In this document: one piece after another, positions 57,183 to 64,000 of the stretch
Position numbering within the stretch: the stretch's first letter is position 1
How the letters are laid out: each line of letters begins with the position of its first letter
From: an uncultured Eubacteriales bacterium
GTDB taxonomy: Bacteria > Acidobacteriota > Aminicenantia > Aminicenantales > Aminicenantaceae
Length of the DNA stretch: 64,000 nucleotides
NCBI GenBank assembly: GCA_964580235.1
Contig: CAZOJY010000002.1
Location: 12,994-76,993 of the forward strand
Direction: 5' to 3'
Notes under the pieces: generated by a model
Database searches by the model: none
What the model was told of the DNA's origin: nothing
The model's input: the letters and a program-made list of their open reading frames with translations, nothing else
Made by a program: the position numbers and the translations under genes

Positions 57183-58244
57183 ATGAAAACAAAGGTTTTT
57201 TTCATCCCTGTTCTAATGACTGGCATCATTCTGTTTGCATTTTCTGCCCCGCACTCATTTTCTCAGGAAGAACAGAGGACAACCGTCATTATCCCCCCCC
57301 AAGTCAAGACTGTTTTTCAAGAAGGGATGCAATCCCGGGAAGCCCGCCTCGATATCCCATTCCAAGTCACGAACAGCATTTTTCTGCCAGCTGGCCAAAA
57401 CCTGCATGCCATCATCATCTTCAAAGTCAAAAATGCCGACCTCGAATTTGCCCCTCCTGCTGTTGTGCCTCAGGCCGAAGCCCAGGAGGAACCAGCCGCT
57501 CCACAAAACCTCATTGCGCAAAAGTATGTATTTCTCCAGTTCAACAAACTCGAAAATGACATACCTGGCGAATTGGCAAAAGAAGTCTACATCCCGATGC
57601 GAGTCGAAAAAGAAAGCGCCTCTTATGACGCAGAACAAGAGGGGACATACACCACGGGGTATCCTCTCCCCCCCGGAAATTATCTGCTGTCCATGGCAGT
57701 CACCTCCCAAGATTTCCAGAAGATCGGGACACAGTATTTTGAAATCGACCTTCCCGATCCTCTCTCATTCACAGATACACTCGAAACCACACCGATTATT
57801 TTTTCAAAAAATATAAAGGAGGTCGCCACTCCAGAGACAACTGCCGAAATCCATGAAACTTTTTTCAGTTATTCTATCCTTCATATCGAGCCCAACCTCG
57901 AGCGGATTTTTAGTCCCCAAGACAACCTTGACATTTTCTTCTTTATCCTTGGCACTCAGGCCAACGATCAAGGGCAATCGGATATTGAAATCCATTATGA
58001 AGTGTACAAAGGAGATGAGCTGGAGATTAATTTTGCTACGCAAAAATACAACGCTCCTCTTGTGAGCCAACCATTGCCGATGAAAAAAACAGTTCTTGTC
58101 CGGACAACAAAAGGCACCGAAACAAGCGAGAAGAGAGAACAAAGAAATTTAGAGCCTGGAAGCTATAAGCTATCCATCACAATCAAGGACAACATCTCAA
58201 CAAAAACAGTTAAAAAGACCATCGATTTTGAAGTCAGAGGTTGA
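57183..58244 (+). CDS. hypothetical secreted protein built from two similar beta-rich modules
   Basis: Signal peptide. Two modules end in YPLPPGNYLLSMAVTS...YFEIDL and NLEPGSYKLSITIKDN...IDFEV. AGGAGGA Shine-Dalgarno. Confidence 0.65.
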   Translation: MKTKVFFIPVLMTGIILFAFSAPHSFSQEEQRTTVIIPPQVKTVFQEGMQSREARLDIPFQVTNSIFLPAGQNLHAIIIFKVKNADLEFAPPAVVPQAEAQEEPAAPQNLIAQKYVFLQFNKLENDIPGELAKEVYIPMRVEKESASYDAEQEGTYTTGYPLPPGNYLLSMAVTSQDFQKIGTQYFEIDLPDPLSFTDTLETTPIIFSKNIKEVATPETTAEIHETFFSYSILHIEPNLERIFSPQDNLDIFFFILGTQANDQGQSDIEIHYEVYKGDELEINFATQKYNAPLVSQPLPMKKTVLVRTTKGTETSEKREQRNLEPGSYKLSITIKDNISTKTVKKTIDFEVRG

Positions 58245-58252
58245 TCGCAGAG

Positions 58253-61200
58253 CTACTTCACATCCGTAAAGATAATCGGAATCTGCTGTTTCTTTAAACG
58301 TTCATTAAAAGCCGAAACATCCTTTTTTATCAACTGCTTCAGGCGATTCTGATAGTCGGCCAATTGCTCCTTGAACATTTCGTGCACTGCGATTTGTTGA
58401 GACGTGGGTGGGAAATCGGATTTGCCGATATCATTTACGAGAAACCGAAGTTTAACATAAAACTTATCCGGCCAGCGCAGCCCATCTCCCGATCCAGAAA
58501 ATTCCATCGAAAACAAAAAACTCTCAATTCCAATGAATTTTTGATTCAGTTCATTTCCGGCTTTGATAATTGGTTCGATTTCCTCTTTCTCCTTCAGCAT
58601 GTCTTTCAAGTCGTAAAGCTGTTTGCGCAGCCACTCTATCTGATTGATCATGTCTGCTACGGCATCGATATTCCTATAGATCTCCGAAAGAACTTTTGTC
58701 TGCACTTGGATATCCGCTTCTGTTCCGGCGGAATGAGGATCTTTTTTCACGGTGAGTTTTTGAGTCAATTCTTTATCCCCTACAGTCAATTTTACCGTAT
58801 AGATCCCAGGAGGAACTAGAGGCCCGCTTCCGCGGCTGCCTCTTGGAAAGGGGCGCCATCCTTTATCTCCCAGCTCGACATGCTCCTGTCCTATCGGTTT
58901 TGTCCGCAGTTTGATCATCTTGGTTCTGTCATGCCTCAGGTCCCACCAGATGCGATTAATGCCGGCTTGTTTGGGAACTTTGAAAGGTTTTGCCGGCTGT
59001 CTGCGGAATTCAACAGGCTCCAAATCTTCCGGCTTCTCGGTTTTGATGGTTCTCACGCTCTGTCCTTTCTCATCCAGGATACTGACCACAATTTCTCCTT
59101 GTGGTTCTGACTTCAAGTAATAGCTAAGGCTGGCACCGTAAGAAGGATTCTGTCCTGAACAGGGATCATTGGGTGTTCCCCTGGGACCAGCCACATTACG
59201 GAAGCGGTAGGCCGCTCTGGGAACAAAAAGATGAACGTCTGAATCCAGGGTTTTTTGGGTCATCTGCTGGATAGGAGTGATGTCATCCAAAATCCAAAAG
59301 CCCCTTCCATATGTGCTCACCACCAGATCGTTGAAATGCTCCTGAATTGTCAACCAGTGAACCGGCGCGTGTGGCAGGTTGCTCTGCAGCGATGTCCATT
59401 TCTTCCCATCATCAAATGAAACATAAATTGCATTTTCTGTTCCACAATACAATAAGCCTTTTCTGACCGGATCCTCCCGCACACAATGGACATAGCTGAG
59501 AACACCTTTGGGTATATCCGAGCTGATGCGCTTCCAATTTTTTCCATAATTGGATGTTTTGAAAACATAGGGATCAAAATCGTTCACCTGATGGTAATCG
59601 ACCGTTATGTAACAGGTGCCTATGTCAAAATGGGAGGGTTCGATATTGCTGACCGTTCCCCACTCCGGCAGGTCGGGAATATTTTTTGTGACGTTCGTCC
59701 AATTTTCTCCTCCATCTTGCGTCACATGCAAAAGCCCGTCATTGGTCCCGGCCCAGATCAATCCGGTTTCTAATGGGGATTCAGCGATGGCAAAAACCGT
59801 GCAGCCATACAGGGGGCTGGCATCGTCCTGGGTAATGCCCCCAGTTCTCTCCTGTTTGCTTTTATCATTTGTGGAGAGGTCAGGACTGATGATGGTCCAG
59901 CTCTGGCCCCCGTCCGTGGTCCTGTGCACATACTGGCTCCCCACGTAAACGGTGTTGTGGTCATGGGGGGAGATGGCGATCGGGAAGGTCCATTGAAAGC
60001 GGTATTTGACATCCTTGGGCGCCCAGCCCTGGATACTTTCCGGCCAGACGGTTACCCCACGGCTCTGCATGGTGCGCAGGTCGAACACATCCAGCATACC
60101 GTCGTAATTGCCCGACCAGACGATATTGTTGTCCACGGGATCGGGAACGGCAAACCCGCTTTCGAATCCCCCTACCGGGTGCCACAGACCTCGGGGGATA
60201 CCCCCGCGGCCCATGCGGCTGTTACTCGGTCCCCTGTAGGAGGACCCATCCTGCCGGTTTCCGTACACATAATAAGGGATCTGATTGTCGACATACACAT
60301 GGTACATCTGAGCGATCGGGAGCTGGATGCCGTGCCAGGATTTTCCGTGGCTGGTGGAGATACTGACACCCTGGTCATTTCCCACCATCATCCGGTCCGG
60401 ATTCATAGGATCGATCCACATATCATGATGGTCGCCGCCTGAAGGGCTGAATCTTTTTATGTTTAAGCCACCGTCGAGCGTCATATGGAATCGGGTTGCC
60501 GGGAAATACACTTCATCGGCATCGTCCGGAGCCACCACGCAGCGGGTGTAGTAGAGCGGGCGGTTGAGAAGGGCCCGGTCATGATTGATCTGCTTCCAGG
60601 TATCACCACCATTATCCGACCTCCAGAGTCCTTCGTCCTTGTGCTCGATAAGGGCATAGATTCTGTTTGAATCGCTGGGGGCCACGGCCACAGCCACTTT
60701 TCCGATCTCACCCTCCGGCAAACCGCTTCCTTTGAGCCTTTTCCAGGTCAGGCCGCCGTCGACGGATTTGAAAAGTCCGCCACCCGGACCCCCGCTCCAC
60801 TTTCCCCAGGTTCTTATCAGCATCGGCCACATCCCGGCGAACAGGATGCGCGGATTGTTGGGGTCCATGGCAATATCGGAACACCCGGTGTTTTCATCCA
60901 CAAAGAGCACCTTTTCCCAGCTTTTTCCGCCGTCAGAGGTTCGAAAGACTCCCCGGTCCTGCTGGGCTCCGTAACAGTGCCCCATGGCTGCCGCGAAAAC
61001 GATGTCCGGATTGCGCGGATCTATCAGGACACGTCCGATCCGTCCCGTTTTTTCAAGCCCCATATTTTTCCAGGTTTTCCCGCTATCTGTGGACGTGTAT
61101 ATGCCGTTGCCGTGAGAGACATTGCTGCGGATAAAGGTCTCCCCGGTGCCGGCCCAGATGATATTGGGATCTGAGGGAGCAATCGCTAGAGAGCCGATAG

Positions 61201-61489
61201 AAGAGACAGGCTGCTTGTCGAAAATTGGCTTCCAGTTGATCCCGCCATCGATGGATTTAAAAATCCCTCCAGAAGCGGCTCCGGCATAACAAATATTCGT
61301 GTTCCCGGGGACGCCGACCACGGCAATCACGCGATTGCCCACCGGACCGATGTGACGGTACTTAAGCTGCTTGAAAAGTTCGGCTTTGATCTCCTGTCCA
61401 AATAAAGGCCCGGGATAAGCCATAAGGACAGAGACGATGAAGATTAAAGTCAAAATGGGGGATAATAATTTTCCTTTCTTTCTGATCAC
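58253..61489 (-). CDS. BNR/Asp-box repeat protein of the sortilin-VPS10-like (double beta-propeller) type, secreted
   Basis: At least seven S/T-x-D-x-G-x-x-W Asp-boxes (SIDGGINW, STDSGKTW, TSDGGKSW, SVDGGLTW, TTDGGQSW, TQDGGENW, SFDDGKKW). Signal peptide. GTG start follows AGGAGG. Confidence 0.8.
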   Translation of the reverse strand: MIRKKGKLLSPILTLIFIVSVLMAYPGPLFGQEIKAELFKQLKYRHIGPVGNRVIAVVGVPGNTNICYAGAASGGIFKSIDGGINWKPIFDKQPVSSIGSLAIAPSDPNIIWAGTGETFIRSNVSHGNGIYTSTDSGKTWKNMGLEKTGRIGRVLIDPRNPDIVFAAAMGHCYGAQQDRGVFRTSDGGKSWEKVLFVDENTGCSDIAMDPNNPRILFAGMWPMLIRTWGKWSGGPGGGLFKSVDGGLTWKRLKGSGLPEGEIGKVAVAVAPSDSNRIYALIEHKDEGLWRSDNGGDTWKQINHDRALLNRPLYYTRCVVAPDDADEVYFPATRFHMTLDGGLNIKRFSPSGGDHHDMWIDPMNPDRMMVGNDQGVSISTSHGKSWHGIQLPIAQMYHVYVDNQIPYYVYGNRQDGSSYRGPSNSRMGRGGIPRGLWHPVGGFESGFAVPDPVDNNIVWSGNYDGMLDVFDLRTMQSRGVTVWPESIQGWAPKDVKYRFQWTFPIAISPHDHNTVYVGSQYVHRTTDGGQSWTIISPDLSTNDKSKQERTGGITQDDASPLYGCTVFAIAESPLETGLIWAGTNDGLLHVTQDGGENWTNVTKNIPDLPEWGTVSNIEPSHFDIGTCYITVDYHQVNDFDPYVFKTSNYGKNWKRISSDIPKGVLSYVHCVREDPVRKGLLYCGTENAIYVSFDDGKKWTSLQSNLPHAPVHWLTIQEHFNDLVVSTYGRGFWILDDITPIQQMTQKTLDSDVHLFVPRAAYRFRNVAGPRGTPNDPCSGQNPSYGASLSYYLKSEPQGEIVVSILDEKGQSVRTIKTEKPEDLEPVEFRRQPAKPFKVPKQAGINRIWWDLRHDRTKMIKLRTKPIGQEHVELGDKGWRPFPRGSRGSGPLVPPGIYTVKLTVGDKELTQKLTVKKDPHSAGTEADIQVQTKVLSEIYRNIDAVADMINQIEWLRKQLYDLKDMLKEKEEIEPIIKAGNELNQKFIGIESFLFSMEFSGSGDGLRWPDKFYVKLRFLVNDIGKSDFPPTSQQIAVHEMFKEQLADYQNRLKQLIKKDVSAFNERLKKQQIPIIFTDVK

Positions 61490-61695
61490 GCTTAACCTCC
61501 TTTCAGAGATATTCTCCGCTCCATTTTATGCTTATTTTTGCTGATTTTATTCTGTAATCCTCAGCAGAAAAACTGAGTTTATTCTCTTATCATAGAAAAA
61601 TGTCACGGTCAATCAGAATCGGAAAAAATAAAATGGCAGCCGCCGTAAATTTCTGGTTAGAAAAGGAATCAGGAAAATGCACAAAGCTAATAGCC

Positions 61696-64000
61696 CTACC
61701 GGGTGGCTTCGGCGATCAGCCGGTTGAGGCGACCTTTTTCTGAAGGGGGAAGCCGGCTGTAAAATTTCTCTTTGCATCGATTCAGGACTTGTAATGCTTC
61801 GGACTTATTGCCGGCCTGAAGATAGGTGATCCCCAGGTTGAAGTAGACATCTATAAAATCGGGCTGAAGTTCCAGCGCTTTCTTCCAATCCCGGATGGCT
61901 TCGTTCGTACGGTGGCTGAAGTTAAAAGCAGAGGCCCGGCCGTTATAAGCAGATGCCAGCCAGGGATCATGCTCTATGGCCCGGTTGAAGACACCTATTG
62001 CCTGAGCCATGATTGAAGGATCTTTTTGTTCGAGGAACCGCCTCAAATACAGAGCCCCTAAATTGTTGAAGGCTGAGGCGAATTTTGGATCGAGTTCTAC
62101 AGCTTTCTGGTAAGCCTTCAAAGCCCGGTCAAAATCATTTTGTTTGTAATACACCACGCCCAGATAATTCCATGTTTCCGGGTTGGACTCATCCATCGAA
62201 GAGGCCTTCGAAAGAACTTTTAAAGCCTGGTCGACCTTGTTCATCTCGATCAATAAAATTCCCACCTTGGAGAGAACGCCGGCATAGTCCGGATTTCCTG
62301 TTATGGTTTCGTTGCCCAGAATTTCCCGGCAGATAACCAGAGCCTTCTCCTGCTCGTTTTCTTTGGCCAACGATCGGGCCAGGCTTATCTTCAACTGCAC
62401 ATTGTTCGGTTCGAGGCGTAAGGCCTTCTCGAAATTCTCCACAGCCTCTTTAAAGTCATCTTTTTTCTCTTCAATGCTTCCCAAAAGGATAAAGCCGCCG
62501 GATGATTTTTCATCGGCCTCGACGATTTCCCGGCCCAATGCTTCGGCTTCCTCAGTTCGCCCCATCTGAAACAGTTTGAATGCCAGGGTGATTTTGAACT
62601 GAAGATTTTCAGGAAAGACGTCCACCGCCTCTTTCCAGGTGATGACAACTCTCTGAGGGTCGGGTTTCATCTCATAGACTTTGGCCAGCAGCTCGTAATA
62701 CTGCGGCATTTTGACGTCTGGATTCTGGGCAGTGATACGTTTGAGTTCTGCCTCGGCAATGTCCAGATTTCCTTTTTCGATTTCGCTGTTGACCCCATTG
62801 AACCGTCCCTGCAGCAGGATTCCCTTTTTGGGATCCAGAGCCTTGCCCGATTTACCCGAAAAGGAAGAAACATAGCCCAGTGATTCCAGGCGTCTCCGAT
62901 CTTCAGCTGTCATTTCCCGCCTCGAATCACCACCGGAGACGGCATATTCCAGCACAAAACTTTTCAGCTTCTCATCCAGGGATCTGGCAGCATCAGTCTT
63001 TTCGGCAAATATGTTAGTCTTTTCCCGGGGATCGGCCGAAAGATCGTAAAGCTCGGGTTCGGGAAGGGAGATGTATTTGAAGGCTCCGTCGATGATTCCT
63101 GTCAATGGCGCCCAGCCCAAAGACTCTTTTCCATACATGCTCTCCACATAAAAAGACCGTTTCTTCTTTTCCTCTTTCCCCTTGAGCAGTCTGGCAAAAC
63201 TCTTCCCCTGAACCGCAGACGGAATGTCTAGTCCATATATCTCGAGGAGGGTGGGCACGATATCGATGAGGTTGACCCGGCTCTTCACCAACAGTCCTTG
63301 AGGAAACAGCCGGGGATTATAAAAAATCAAGGGAACCCGAAGGTTTTCTTCATAACAAAAAACAGAATGCCCGTATTCCCTGTGTTCGCCGAAGGCTTCT
63401 CCATGGTCTCCGGCAATGACAACCAGCGTGTTCTCCAGCAAATCTTTTTCTCTCAGGTCTGCGATGATCTTTCCGACATACACATCTATAAACGCAACCT
63501 CTCCATCGTACAATTCGCTGAGGCTGTCTCCCTTCCGGTAGGAATCCGGAGGCGCATAGGGCGCATGGGGGTCGTAGAAATGCACCCAGGCGAAAAATTT
63601 CTGCTGTTCCCTGTTTTGAAACCATCGGTTGAATTTATCATAGACAAGATCGGCCGTGATCTCGGAATAAAAATTATGGAGTAGCTCATCGGCATTCAAA
63701 GAGTCATCGTAGATGGAAAATCCCTGATTGAGTCCGAACTTCGCAAGCAGGACAAACGAGGCGACAACCGCATAGGTATCGTATCCGCCATCCTTCATCA
63801 TTTCTGCCAATGTGGTTTCGCTTTTGTTCAAAAAAAATGTTCCGTTATCCCGCACCCGGTTACCAAGGGGATATTGACCGGTGAAGATCGAACAATGGGC
63901 CGGCAGAGTCACCGGAACAGGCGAGTAACAATGAGAGAACTGAATTCCTCCGCGCGCCAGATCATCCAAACGGGGCGTTCTAGCTCTTGCGTATCCATAT
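61696..64000 (-). CDS. sulfatase-fold (alkaline-phosphatase superfamily) enzyme fused to a C-terminal TPR array; the N-terminus lies beyond the window
   Basis: The frame stays open to base 64000 (...YGYARARTPRLDDLARGG...). Sulfatase-fold motifs DPHAPY and GDHGEAFGEH are present, followed by about 350 aa of TPR repeats. Confidence 0.8.
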   Translation of the reverse strand, partial: YGYARARTPRLDDLARGGIQFSHCYSPVPVTLPAHCSIFTGQYPLGNRVRDNGTFFLNKSETTLAEMMKDGGYDTYAVVASFVLLAKFGLNQGFSIYDDSLNADELLHNFYSEITADLVYDKFNRWFQNREQQKFFAWVHFYDPHAPYAPPDSYRKGDSLSELYDGEVAFIDVYVGKIIADLREKDLLENTLVVIAGDHGEAFGEHREYGHSVFCYEENLRVPLIFYNPRLFPQGLLVKSRVNLIDIVPTLLEIYGLDIPSAVQGKSFARLLKGKEEKKKRSFYVESMYGKESLGWAPLTGIIDGAFKYISLPEPELYDLSADPREKTNIFAEKTDAARSLDEKLKSFVLEYAVSGGDSRREMTAEDRRRLESLGYVSSFSGKSGKALDPKKGILLQGRFNGVNSEIEKGNLDIAEAELKRITAQNPDVKMPQYYELLAKVYEMKPDPQRVVITWKEAVDVFPENLQFKITLAFKLFQMGRTEEAEALGREIVEADEKSSGGFILLGSIEEKKDDFKEAVENFEKALRLEPNNVQLKISLARSLAKENEQEKALVICREILGNETITGNPDYAGVLSKVGILLIEMNKVDQALKVLSKASSMDESNPETWNYLGVVYYKQNDFDRALKAYQKAVELDPKFASAFNNLGALYLRRFLEQKDPSIMAQAIGVFNRAIEHDPWLASAYNGRASAFNFSHRTNEAIRDWKKALELQPDFIDVYFNLGITYLQAGNKSEALQVLNRCKEKFYSRLPPSEKGRLNRLIAEATR

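Noticed and set aside
1-64000. Search for CRISPR arrays, IS elements, integrases, prophage genes, rRNA, long direct or tandem repeats, and toxin-antitoxin or defence gene pairs.
   Set aside because: I recognised none. The only repeats seen are short: a 7-mer TTAGCTC x2 at 18153-18166 inside rimM, an 8-mer AGAATAAG x2 at 13929-13950, and the 8-bp inverted repeat at 26007-26026. An eye scan cannot exclude diverged repeats, so a dot-plot would be needed.

Overview
This is a gene-dense, mostly housekeeping chromosomal segment. It appears to come from a diderm bacterium: it encodes a beta-barrel OMP, a MacA-type adaptor and an SLH lipoprotein. The coding sequence is moderately AT-rich and rich in lysine (AAA) codons, with many long A/T homopolymers. 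I support 60 protein-coding loci (one of them, rimM, has a broken frame), two tRNAs (Gly-GCC and Cys-GCA) and a set of promoter-like elements.

Content in order:
- trpS (3' part) and scpAB.
- ispH, rpsA, an IHF/HU protein, a HIT protein, an acyl-CoA dehydrogenase and a PpiD-like chaperone.
- An acyltransferase, then isoaspartyl dipeptidase plus NhaC.
- The conserved ffh / rpsP-khpA-rimM-trmD-rplS-rnhB block, extended by a TPR protein, a GAF-type sigma-54 activator and a small basic protein.
- A VWFA-related protein behind a near-consensus sigma-54 promoter.
- accBC, then an IMPase plus a lectin-like secreted protein.
- A MacA-like adaptor, a MacB-type ATPase and a Yip1-like membrane protein, with no FtsX permease.
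- miaA, hflX, a TPR/SLH lipoprotein and pgsA.
- A six-gene glycan cluster: a priming phosphotransferase, four GT4 genes and one GT2 gene.
- M20 peptidase, cutA, an HDAC-like enzyme, proline dehydrogenase, ppdK, an aminotransferase and pyrK-pyrD-pyrF.
- A second Yip1 protein, the two tRNAs, an orphan secreted protein and a four-helix-bundle (23S-IVS/Avd family) protein.
- ddl-ruvX-mltG, a second orphan secreted protein, a roughly 1080-aa BNR/sortilin-type protein, and a sulfatase-fold/TPR fusion that runs off the right edge.

I saw no CRISPR array, transposase or integrase, prophage, rRNA, toxin-antitoxin pair or recognisable defence module. The VWFA-related N-terminal domain, the BNR giant protein and the sulfatase-TPR fusion hint at an Acidobacteriota-like or related uncultured lineage. 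That is inference only.

I do not see a compelling, self-evident novel multi-gene system. The best leads are:
- the permease-less MacA/ATPase/Yip1 module;
- the TPR / sigma-54 activator / small-protein extension of the ribosomal operon, together with an orphan sigma-54 promoter;
- the frameshifted rimM;
- the exporter-less glycan cluster;
- the Thr-type sulfatase-fold/TPR fusion.

All functional calls rest on motif recognition by eye. No database search or computation was possible.
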